Part shown: one piece after another, positions 39,041 to 47,793 of the stretch
How the letters are laid out: every line of letters starts with the position of its first letter
Numbering within the stretch: position 1 is the stretch's first letter
NCBI GenBank assembly: GCA_005222975.1
Contig: NJBI01000006.1
Span: 38,698-102,697, forward strand
Direction: 5' to 3'
DNA: 64,000 bases
Source: Promethearchaeota archaeon Loki_b31
GTDB lineage: Archaea; Asgardarchaeota; Lokiarchaeia; Sigyniarchaeales; SOKP01
Program-made: the position numbers and the translations under genes
The notes under the pieces: generated by a model
What the model was told of the DNA's origin: nothing
Databases searched by the model: none
Seen by the model: the letters and a program-made list of their open reading frames with translations, nothing else

Positions 39041-40190
39041 TAGGTAATCCTAATAGAAAAACGAGGAGTTGTATACCTATCGGTATAAATATAGGATTCA
39101 ATAAGTTATCTGCGGTAACTGCTGGTAAATAATCAGTTAAAAAGAAAATCAGAGCGCCCATTAAAGCATACACCGGTCCTACAAATACAAAACCGATAAT
39201 ATAAGCGATTGCAACGCCCGCAACAAAGCCCTCTACAGATTTTACTTCTTCATTCCTAAGCCTGACTTTATGTTTTCCATATCTTTTTCCAATTAAAGCA
39301 GCAGATGCATCAGAAAGGCACGCTATAAGGATTCCAGAAAAAAAAACGAAAATGTGAATGATACCAGCCATGTATAACATATATGAAAAGATAAAACCCG
39401 TGATGATATAAATCTGTGGTCCCGCTGCGTTTTTTTCTTTTTGTCTCAACATAGATTTAGTTAAGAAGTTAAAGAATGAATATTCTGGACCCCAAACGAT
39501 TCGAATTATATCAGATGCAATTGTAAAGGCTAAAGCAGCAATTAAAGCGAACATAGTAATCTCCACAACAGCTCGAAAATCTCCAAAACCATACGGAAAA
39601 TCGGCTATATCCCCCCATAATAAATTATAAGATGGTCCAATTTGGTGAATAAATGTTATAACGCTATCATTTACCAGCAGAGTTATTGGAGGGATTGTCA
39701 TAAAACCAAAAAAAGCCAAAAATATTAAAAGCCCTGATAAGTGAAAACTTTTTCTGATTAATTCCATCCTAAATGGGATTACTTCTCTGTAAGGGTTTTC
39801 TCTCGTCATTCTTCTAATGTATCTCCTTAAAATCGTTTTTTCTTTATTTTTACCTTCCTTTTTAAATTCATTCTTCTCCTCTCTCTTCATTTTATTTATA
39901 TCCATTCTGATGATTGTTGTAAATAAGAGATTAAAAAGTAGTGTCATGCCAATCCACCACACCATAAACCCGTTGTAAGGGAATGCTAAAAATCCGATAA
40001 CAGAGTTATAATATCCAAAAATTAAAAAACATATCCCGCAAAGAATCGATGAGATTCCTCCATACTTGTTTTTTGCCCTATATCCCTTGATCCCAATATA
40101 ATACATCAAACTCATTAGAACGAAAAAAAACAGCGATAATGTGGTATTATAAAGACTCTCCACTAAAGCCCAATATTCCATAATTAGCAA
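39027..40190 (-). CDS. CTP-dependent polyprenol/diacylglycerol kinase family membrane protein (dolichol kinase/Dgk1-like)
   Basis: RKSFH, DASAALIGKRYG, KSVEG, DNLLNP. Confidence 0.8.
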   Translation of the reverse strand: MLIMEYWALVESLYNTTLSLFFFVLMSLMYYIGIKGYRAKNKYGGISSILCGICFLIFGYYNSVIGFLAFPYNGFMVWWIGMTLLFNLLFTTIIRMDINKMKREEKNEFKKEGKNKEKTILRRYIRRMTRENPYREVIPFRMELIRKSFHLSGLLIFLAFFGFMTIPPITLLVNDSVITFIHQIGPSYNLLWGDIADFPYGFGDFRAVVEITMFALIAALAFTIASDIIRIVWGPEYSFFNFLTKSMLRQKEKNAAGPQIYIITGFIFSYMLYMAGIIHIFVFFSGILIACLSDASAALIGKRYGKHKVRLRNEEVKSVEGFVAGVAIAYIIGFVFVGPVYALMGALIFFLTDYLPAVTADNLLNPIFIPIGIQLLVFLLGLPIGWF

Positions 40191-40286
40191 TTTAATCCGT
40201 AAAGTTAATTATTCTTATAATTAACTATTAAATAATTATTCTTTGGTTTCTTTTATTAAAATATTAACAAAAATTAATCGTATTTT

Positions 40287-40850
40287 TTGATAAAAATGGA
40301 TGATTTAAAGAAAGAAAAAACCCAAGGCTTAGATTTTCAATACTTGGGGGATGTCATAGACAAGAAAAAGGAAATTGGTAATAAATACATCACTCCTGGA
40401 TTTGGATTAGCGGGCCAATTATTTTCCACGGTGGCAAAACATGTTATTAAGGAGTTAGGTCCCGAAAAAGGCGAAGCTCTTCTTAAAGATGCAATTGAAG
40501 AATTTGGACTTGAAAGAGGTAGGCGAATAGCAGAAAAAGTAAGAGCTGAGAATAAATCGCTGTCCTTAAAGAATTGGTTGATTTATACGGATATTGACTC
40601 TATTGAAAACTTTCGTCCTATCAGTAGCACACCTAATGGCGATTTCGTAGTGAAAATTAAACATTGTACATTTATTAATGCTGCTAAAGAATGGGGTTTA
40701 AATGAATATGCCAAAATTTATTGTAAATATGTAGATTATAAAATTCTTGAAGGATATAATCCTGATGTGAAACTTATTCTCGAATCTCGACACGATACTG
40801 GAGCTAATCGTTGCGTGTTTCGCTATGTTATGAAGGAAGAAAACAAATAA
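40287..40850 (+). CDS. ATC-hydrolase (L-2-amino-thiazoline-4-carboxylic acid hydrolase)-family protein
   Basis: FGLERGRRIA, HCTF, YCKYVD, GYNP, RCVF. Confidence 0.75.
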   Translation: MIKMDDLKKEKTQGLDFQYLGDVIDKKKEIGNKYITPGFGLAGQLFSTVAKHVIKELGPEKGEALLKDAIEEFGLERGRRIAEKVRAENKSLSLKNWLIYTDIDSIENFRPISSTPNGDFVVKIKHCTFINAAKEWGLNEYAKIYCKYVDYKILEGYNPDVKLILESRHDTGANRCVFRYVMKEENK

Positions 40851-41266
40851 CTTATTAATAACATAAGTCAATATGAATATTTTCTTAGAGGTTTTATCAA
40901 AAATACAATCTATCAAACCCAACATATAGATGCTGCCATTAAACCAGAAAATATAAAGAAAATGATTGAAACAACTAAAGGTTTTAAATCTGGTTAACGA
41001 TAAAAAACACTAACAAAGAATTGTTTTCTATTAAATGATAAAATTATAAGTGTAATTTTGGATAATAGTTATAGCAAGGCACATATCTTTATCTACATAT
41101 TATAAACTTTAATAAACCTATAATTGAGTAGATTTTTATATAAACGAATAAAAAAAAAAATAAAAAGTACCAATCTATTTAAAATATAAGTGATAATTTA
41201 TCTTTATTATATTCTAATAAATAAGATTTATCTAATAAAAATCTAGTGAAGGAGAAAGTGACAGTA

Positions 41267-41638
41267 ATGGACCCCAATACTCCCGATAGTCTTGATGATA
41301 TACTTAAAAGACTTCTTGGAGCAATTCCAGAAGTAAAGTCTGCTGCTATAGTATCAGCTGAAGGCCTTCCGATCGCTTCTGCACTTCCACAAGGCATAGA
41401 CGAGACAAGAATTGCCGCCATGACAGCCGCTCTTCTATCATTATCCGAAAGAGCGATTATAGAGATGGCTAAAGGGGATTTCGATCAGTTATATATAAAA
41501 GGAAGTGCAGGCTATCTTTTGGTCATGCAGGCTGGTCCAAACGCTGTTTTGACCGTTTCTACAACTAAAGAAGTTCGACTCGGGTTAATTTTATTAGATT
41601 GTAGAAGAACTTGCGAAAAAATAGCGCAGTTAATATAA
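41267..41638 (+). CDS. Roadblock/LC7 (MglB-like) protein
   Basis: AAIVSAEGLPIASAL...IAAMTAALLSLSER...LGLILLD. Confidence 0.92.
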   Translation: MDPNTPDSLDDILKRLLGAIPEVKSAAIVSAEGLPIASALPQGIDETRIAAMTAALLSLSERAIIEMAKGDFDQLYIKGSAGYLLVMQAGPNAVLTVSTTKEVRLGLILLDCRRTCEKIAQLI

Positions 41639-41805
41639 AAATTAGGATATTTTCTTAATTTTACAGTTTTTCAAAAATATAAAATCACTTAACCTTAATA
41701 TGTTATTACGAAAAAATCACAAATTATTAATTTTATGCTTAATTTGTTTTAACAATATTAACTATTATTAACAATACTATTAACAATAATAACTGGTGTA
41801 CTGAA

Positions 41806-42408
41806 ATCTTTAAACTGGTCGCCCTCCAAACTAAGGTGGAAATTCCACCGTTTCTCTTTGGTCAACCTAAAGAAGACAGCGCAAGAATTATCCTTAGTGA
41901 AGATTACGAAGGTATAATCACGAGAGATTACGGTTTTATTATTGCTATTGTTGATGTACTTGATGTAGGACTTGGTATCATTATTCCTGGAAATGCTAAC
42001 ACCTTTCATAATGTAGAATTCTCTATTTTAACTTTTAAACCTAAACTCGGAGAGGTAGTTGAGGGAGAGGTTGTTGAGTTAGTAGATTTTGGCTCATTCG
42101 TACGTTTAGGACCGTTAGATGGCTTAGTTCATGTCTCCCAGATATGCGATGATTATATCTCATTTGAACAGGTCGGTAATCGATTTATTGGTAAAGAAAC
42201 GGGAAAAATTCTTGAAGTTAACAACGATGTGAGGGCAAAAATTATAGCAGTTTCACTAGGTACTGGGCGGAGTGGTAAGCTAGGTTTGACGATGCGCCAA
42301 AAATTTTTAGGAAGACCAGAATGGATTGAAGCGGATATCGAGGAAGAGTACGCTGAAAAAGAAGCAAAGACTAAGAAACAACTGGAAGAGGAAGTCAGCG
42401 AAGAATAA
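41806..42408 (+). CDS. rpoE1: RNA polymerase subunit Rpo7 (RpoE'), probable non-canonical ATC start
   Basis: S1 domain FGSFVRLGPLDGLVHVSQI, GLTMRQ. The upstream in-frame segment reads (I)FKLVALQTKVEIPP, matching the usual MFKL...IPP N-terminus. Confidence 0.9.
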   Translation: MFKLVALQTKVEIPPFLFGQPKEDSARIILSEDYEGIITRDYGFIIAIVDVLDVGLGIIIPGNANTFHNVEFSILTFKPKLGEVVEGEVVELVDFGSFVRLGPLDGLVHVSQICDDYISFEQVGNRFIGKETGKILEVNNDVRAKIIAVSLGTGRSGKLGLTMRQKFLGRPEWIEADIEEEYAEKEAKTKKQLEEEVSEE

Positions 42409-42449
42409 AGAATAATTTCATTATAAAATAAAAGTAGGCGAAAATATAT

Positions 42450-42638
42450 TTGAAAGAAAAAGCTTGTAAAAATTGCCATTTAATTACTAAAAAAGAACAG
42501 ATTTGTCCAAAATGCAAAACCCATAGTCTCAGCGATGATTATACCGGGGAAGTCATAATTATTAATCCTTCGGAATCTAGATTTGCGGAATATTTAAAGA
42601 TCCATTTTCCTGGGAAATATGCATTAAGAGTACGGTAA
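42450..42638 (+). CDS. spt4: Transcription elongation factor Spt4 (RpoE'')
   Basis: ACKNCH...CPKC...PGKYALRVR. Confidence 0.93.
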   Translation: MKEKACKNCHLITKKEQICPKCKTHSLSDDYTGEVIIINPSESRFAEYLKIHFPGKYALRVR

Positions 42639-42683
42639 TAAAGCACATATCCTTAATGATAAAGTCGTATCGTATCTTTCTTA

Positions 42684-43268
42684 TTAATTTGTCATTAATG
42701 ATACAAATTTCTTTACAACTTTCTTTATCCTTTTTTCAACATCTACCATAACGATACCTTGGGGAATCTGATGTTTTGAATCAGTTATGGGTGGTTGGCC
42801 GTAAAACACTAAACTTTTAACCGTTTCGTTAAGAGGGATGCTCAAAACCAACGGCAAGACTAATAAATCTTCTTCGCCTTTAATAACTTTAAATAATGTT
42901 CTTTTATTAGATGTTATAATCTCATCTAAAAGAGTAAAACTTTCTTTTTTAATACATCCTTCAGGGTTTTCAAATTCAATGATTTCTTCAAAATAATCCT
43001 CAATCTTTATTTTAATTTGATTTCTTTGAGTTTTTTCGTCAATAATGCAAAGTTTAACGAAAGATTTTAGAAAATCATTCGCGAGAAAATCCTTTGTTAC
43101 GATATCTCCAACTAAATAAACTTTGACTTCAAAATTAGCGTTTTTATAATTTCTAATATGTTCTTCTACTTCAGAGATAGTTTCTTTTCGCGTTCCTGCA
43201 ATTAACTTACCTAAAGGCTGAGAAAACTTATGCCTTTCGGTTGTAGGGATTTTTAAATTTTTATCCAT
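42684..43268 (-). CDS. GTP-dependent dephospho-CoA kinase (DUF359)
   Basis: VGDIVT, IIDEKTQR, NPEG, GEEDLLVLP, YGQP. Confidence 0.88.
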   Translation of the reverse strand: MDKNLKIPTTERHKFSQPLGKLIAGTRKETISEVEEHIRNYKNANFEVKVYLVGDIVTKDFLANDFLKSFVKLCIIDEKTQRNQIKIKIEDYFEEIIEFENPEGCIKKESFTLLDEIITSNKRTLFKVIKGEEDLLVLPLVLSIPLNETVKSLVFYGQPPITDSKHQIPQGIVMVDVEKRIKKVVKKFVSLMTN

Positions 43269-43274
43269 CTTAAA

Positions 43275-43511
43275 TCATTCCATTTTTATATTTTTTACTT
43301 TATTATAGAGATTAAAAGTTAAAATAAACAATAATACCCACAAAAATAGGCAACCAACAAAGATGCTAATGTATATTCCTGCGACTACATTTTTTAGAAG
43401 CAAATACAATACCATCGTAATAATAATTAATGCCACTTCAATGATTATCATAATTCTTGTTTTCAACAAGTAATTTTTAGATTTTGACATATTTATCTTA
43501 CAAAAAACCAA
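43275..43511 (-). CDS. Small two-TM hypothetical protein
   Basis: Two hydrophobic segments; lies 6 nt upstream of the DUF359 gene. Confidence 0.5.
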   Translation of the reverse strand: MVFCKINMSKSKNYLLKTRIMIIIEVALIIITMVLYLLLKNVVAGIYISIFVGCLFLWVLLFILTFNLYNKVKNIKME

Positions 43512-43607
43512 AAATTTATTTTTTATTATTTCTTTAATTTTTTATAACTCAGAATTATCTTTAAATTAACTGATTATCTGAGAAAAAGAGTATTAAAAAG
43601 GTTCGAA

Positions 43608-43964
43608 ATGTCGTTTAATATTGAAATTTTGGAAGAAAAAATAAACCCATTAATCGATCGAACGGAATTAAAATTCAGAATCGATCATTTTAGTGCCGGG
43701 ACACCTAATAAGTTAGATGTGAAGAAGAAAATTGCAGCGTTGAAAAACGCAAACGAAAAATATACAATAATTCGTATAATTAAAACTCATTTCGGTAGCT
43801 CATACGATATAGGAGTAGCAAATATTTACAAGAACGCTAAAGAACTTCAATTCTATGAGCCTTTCCATATTCAAGTGCGAAATTTACCCAAAGACACGCG
43901 AGAAGACATTTATAAATTAAAGAAAAGAAAAGAACCTTACAAACACTTATTTGAATACGAATAA
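43608..43964 (+). CDS. rps24e: Ribosomal protein eS24
   Basis: NPLIDRTE...GTP...THFG; conserved gene context. Confidence 0.9.
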   Translation: MSFNIEILEEKINPLIDRTELKFRIDHFSAGTPNKLDVKKKIAALKNANEKYTIIRIIKTHFGSSYDIGVANIYKNAKELQFYEPFHIQVRNLPKDTREDIYKLKKRKEPYKHLFEYE

Positions 43965-44001
43965 AATTATTAAATTAATTAAAAAATAAATTGAAGAATT
44001 T

Positions 44002-44238
44002 ATGTCAAATAAATCAAACGCATCCAAATTTTATAAAATTGAAGATGGTAAATTAGTTAGGACACATAGAGTCTGTCCTAAGTGTGCTCCCTCGGTATTT
44101 CTCGCGGACCACTACGATAGATGGTCGTGCGGAAAGTGTGGATACACTATATTCAAAAGAAAAGGCAAGAAGGGAGCTGCTACAGTTGCAAGACGTAGAA
44201 GAACCCGAACCCCTCGAAAACGCACTAAGTCAACTTAA
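44002..44238 (+). CDS. rps27ae: Ribosomal protein eS31 (S27ae) with a basic C-terminal tail
   Basis: CPKC...[17 protein letters not shown]. Confidence 0.93.
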   Translation: MSNKSNASKFYKIEDGKLVRTHRVCPKCAPSVFLADHYDRWSCGKCGYTIFKRKGKKGAATVARRRRTRTPRKRTKST

Positions 44239-44318
44239 ACTCTAATAATAAACTCCAAACTATCTTTTTCAGTAGCTCCTTTTAATACACCATTTTAACA
44301 TTGCTATATTTATATTAG

Positions 44319-45335
44319 GTGATCCCGATGAAATTAAAAAAAATTTTAGGTATTGAATCTACGGCTCACACTTGGAGTGTGGGTATTATAGGATTTGATG
44401 GAACGGTATTTAGTCTTGTAAATGATATGTATATTCCCGAAAAAGGTGGTCTTCATCCAGCTTTAGTAAAGGAGCAACATCTTAATAATTTTATGAATAT
44501 TATAAATAAGGCGTTATTAGAGGCAAGTATTTCAATACATGATATTGATTTAATCGCGTTTAGTAAGAGCCCTGGTTTAGGACCTATATTAAAAATTGGT
44601 GCCCAAGCTGCTAGAATGTTGACTCAACTGTTAGATATTCCAATAGTAGCGGTTAATCACTGCATTGCTCACATAGAAATTGGACGACTAATGTGTAAAA
44701 TTGAGGATCCTCTAACTTTATATGTATCAGGTGGGAATACGATTGTTAGTGCGTATGAGTCTGGAAGATATCAAATTTTTGGAGAGACTCTCGATATCCC
44801 TATTGGTAATTTAATAGATTCATTTGCCCGAGATGTTGGATTACCCCATCCAGGAGGTCCAAAAATCGAAAAATTAGCGTTTAACTCAAATAAATATTTG
44901 TCTTTGCCTTATGTTGTGAAAGGTATGGATTTATCTTTTTCAGGACTCTATACGGCCGCTAAGAGGTTATTAGAGTCCAAAGATTATAATAAGAAATATA
45001 ATTTAAACGATGTTGCTTATTCATTGCAAGAAACTGCTTTTGCTATGCTAACTGAAGTTACCGAAAGGGCTTTGGCTCACACGGAAAAAAAAGAAGTTCT
45101 ATTAACTGGTGGTGTTGCTGCTAATAAAAGGTTGCAAGAAATGATTAAATATATAAGTGCAGAACATAGCGCGAGGTTTGAAGTTGTTCCTTTAAAATAT
45201 TCGGGAGATAATGGCGCAATGATTGGATGGACTGGCTTTCTAAGGTATGAAGCTGAAGGGGGTCATACAGTTTTGGAAACGCAAATAAACCCTAAAGAAC
45301 GCATGGATCAAATCACAATTCCTTGGAGAGATTAG
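44319..45335 (+). CDS. kae1: KEOPS t6A synthase Kae1
   Basis: LGIESTAH, NHCIAHIE, VSGGNT, GGVAAN, DNGAMI. Confidence 0.95.
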   Translation: MIPMKLKKILGIESTAHTWSVGIIGFDGTVFSLVNDMYIPEKGGLHPALVKEQHLNNFMNIINKALLEASISIHDIDLIAFSKSPGLGPILKIGAQAARMLTQLLDIPIVAVNHCIAHIEIGRLMCKIEDPLTLYVSGGNTIVSAYESGRYQIFGETLDIPIGNLIDSFARDVGLPHPGGPKIEKLAFNSNKYLSLPYVVKGMDLSFSGLYTAAKRLLESKDYNKKYNLNDVAYSLQETAFAMLTEVTERALAHTEKKEVLLTGGVAANKRLQEMIKYISAEHSARFEVVPLKYSGDNGAMIGWTGFLRYEAEGGHTVLETQINPKERMDQITIPWRD

Positions 45336-45348
45336 GTGGTTTAAGAGA

Positions 45349-46023
45349 TTGATTAATGAGATTGTTATAGAAAAACTTTTTCACAAGGGTGCTGAAGCAA
45401 GTCTTTTCTACGGTCATTGGTTTGGTAAAGAAGTTATATTTAAACTCCGTATCCCTAAAAATTATCGTATAGAGCAGCTCGATAAAAAAATACGCGTTAG
45501 TCGAACCCTTAACGAGGCTAGAGCTCTGATAAAAGTTAAAAACTATGGTGTAAATGTTCCTCAAGTTTACGAAATTGACACTGAGAACTCTACAATCGTA
45601 ATGAAGTATATTAAAGGAGAAAAATTAAAAGATTTTATGAATTCAATAGAAGACGATAAAAAACAGCAAATCTATAATGAGATTGGTAAATATATCGCTA
45701 TTTTACACAAAAATGGCCATATTCATGGTGATATTACCACAAGCAATATCATTGTTACTCCAATTCAAGAAATTTTCATTATTGATTTTGGACTCCACAA
45801 TTACTCCGATTCCATTGAAGATAAAAGCGTTGATCTCCATCTTTTTAAAAGAGTTTTACTATCTTCTCATGGTGCTGATTATAAAATTTGTTTTGATGCC
45901 TTTTTAGACGGTTATCGCACAGAATATGGGAAAGCAAAAGTAAATGAAAGTAATGAAATCATAAGAAACATGACTACAATAGAAACAAGAGGTCGCTACA
46001 TCAAAAAGGAAGATAGAAAATAA
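45349..46023 (+). CDS. bud32: KEOPS kinase Bud32
   Basis: KGAEA, HGDITTSN, IDFGL, VDL, RGRY. Confidence 0.93.
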   Translation: MINEIVIEKLFHKGAEASLFYGHWFGKEVIFKLRIPKNYRIEQLDKKIRVSRTLNEARALIKVKNYGVNVPQVYEIDTENSTIVMKYIKGEKLKDFMNSIEDDKKQQIYNEIGKYIAILHKNGHIHGDITTSNIIVTPIQEIFIIDFGLHNYSDSIEDKSVDLHLFKRVLLSSHGADYKICFDAFLDGYRTEYGKAKVNESNEIIRNMTTIETRGRYIKKEDRK

Positions 46024-46289
46024 TGTAAAATTTTTTCACACTACCTTAAATTGTTAACATTAATTGTTCATTATAAAGATAAACACATCAAAATTATTTA
46101 CATCTGATATAGAGCCCTTTAAATACCTTCATATTCGGAGAGATAATTTTATATACAAGTTTAACTTATAAATTATTATTAAAAAGTTGGAATTTATTAA
46201 GGGCTAAGATTACTATAGCATTTGTAATTCTAAACAATACCACCTTTTGAATTTGAATTTAAAGATTAATAAGATTAGGGTTATTTAAA

Positions 46290-46511
46290 TTGCCAAAAAA
46301 TAAAAAAGAGAAGAAACCAAAAATGCAAAACATAACTATCAACATACCTGAGATATACGATGAAAATATTCAAAAATTAATAAAAATGAAAATAACAGCC
46401 AGTCGATCAGAAGCAATAAGAATTGCAATTCGAGAGTTCTTACACACCGAATATGATAATCTGAAGATACTTGGATATTTTGATTCTACTGGTCAAAATA
46501 AAAATCAATAA
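46290..46511 (+). CDS. Ribbon-helix-helix (CopG-like) protein
   Basis: ITINIPE...SRSEAIRIAIREFL. Confidence 0.85.
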   Translation: MPKNKKEKKPKMQNITINIPEIYDENIQKLIKMKITASRSEAIRIAIREFLHTEYDNLKILGYFDSTGQNKNQ

Positions 46512-46513
46512 TA

Positions 46514-46759
46514 TTATCTTCGCTTACGAATTTTTCGTGCTTCTCTTTCAACTTCCCTTAAAACAACAATATCGGCAATTTGTACAGGCCCCTTAACATT
46601 TCTCGTAAGAATTCGATTTTTATCGGGCCCTTCAAGAATTCTAACCTTAATTTGATTGATCTCGCCGGTTAAACCAGTTCTGCCAACAATTTGAAGAACC
46701 TCGGCAGGAATAGAGGCATCATACGCAGGTCTTCCTTTCTTTTTCTCAATCTTTACCAA
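46514..46759 (-). CDS. rps28e: Ribosomal protein eS28
   Basis: GRTG...RNVKGPV...EREAR. Confidence 0.95.
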   Translation of the reverse strand: MVKIEKKKGRPAYDASIPAEVLQIVGRTGLTGEINQIKVRILEGPDKNRILTRNVKGPVQIADIVVLREVEREARKIRKRR

Positions 46760-46773
46760 GGACTTTCACCGAA

Positions 46774-47160
46774 TTATTTTTTTAATGCTTCTAACTTTTT
46801 AATTATATCTTCTAAAGCTTTGTCGTTTCCAGTTCCAATAGTTTCAATTGCTACAGCAGATGACGCGATGTTAATTCGAGCGGCGTTTCCCAATTCTTTT
46901 TTTGTTGCTACATAACAATAGGGAATAGATTTTTCTTCGCAGAGCAATGGCACATGAAACAAAATTTCAGGTGGACTTACATCTTCCGCCATAATAACAA
47001 GCTTCGCCAAACTTCTTTCTATTGATTTGGTTACCTCATTCATTCCTTTCCTTATTTTCGAATCCCTAGTTCCTGCGATTGTACTTAATGCATCCTTGAT
47101 GTCATTTTTTATCGCATCAGGAACTTTAAATTTTATATAACTCATTTTTTCTCTTTCCAA
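46774..47160 (-). CDS. rpl7ae: Ribosomal protein L7Ae (eL8)
   Basis: KGMNEVTKSIER, AEDVSP, LCEEK, KELG. Confidence 0.95.
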   Translation of the reverse strand: MEREKMSYIKFKVPDAIKNDIKDALSTIAGTRDSKIRKGMNEVTKSIERSLAKLVIMAEDVSPPEILFHVPLLCEEKSIPYCYVATKKELGNAARINIASSAVAIETIGTGNDKALEDIIKKLEALKK

Positions 47161-47569
47161 TATATATTTCTAATATATTATCATAAATCATCGATTTTTA
47201 ATATGGAATTAAATATAAGATTTAAAATAAAATTTTGGATTTACACTAAAAATAAGAGAAAATGGTCATAACCTATAAACACATAAGATTTACATCGAAA
47301 ATATGAACTATTTTTAGAATTGATAAAGTAAACATCCAAAAAGTGAAATCCAACATCATGGATAAGATCATATCTAAGAATTATTCGAATCTTTTAGAAT
47401 TCAATAAATAATACGAGTTTTTATGCTTAGTTTTTAACAATTTTACGGGTGTAGTAACTATAGCTATTCTTAACGAAACCTTGAATACCCAAATTAGCGA
47501 GCTCAACGAATATTACGACGTTAAAATAGCCCCACCTGATAACCCCCTAGAGGTAAAGGTGATACGATT

Positions 47570-47776
47570 ATTAATATCCCTCAACAATCAGAAAATAAAA
47601 GCCCTCCAAAAAGTCAACCGAAACCTACCAAATCAGATGGAAAATTTTGGGAAAACTTACAACGAGGAATTTCAGAGTTTATAAAAGGATTTAAGGAGTT
47701 TTTTGTAAAATCAGACGAAGAAATTAACAGAGAACTCAAGAAGAAGGAACATAAAAAAAATATATATGAGAAATAG
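47570..47776 (+). CDS. Small hypothetical protein with probable ATT start (not in the ORF track)
   Basis: AGGTGA SD-like site upstream; open frame INIPQQSENKSPPKSQPKPTKSDGKFWENLQRGISEFIKGFKEFF...YEK*; stops 17 nt before the LAGLIDADG gene. Confidence 0.5.
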   Translation: MNIPQQSENKSPPKSQPKPTKSDGKFWENLQRGISEFIKGFKEFFVKSDEEINRELKKKEHKKNIYEK

Positions 47777-47793
47777 AATCTAAAAGGTGGCTC

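Noticed and set aside
41750-41794. aacaata/actatta short repeats
   Set aside because: Low-complexity AT sequence with no regular period.
47481-47684. Called 67-aa ORF
   Set aside because: An overlapping frame (47570..47776) has a better SD-like site, composition and operon spacing.
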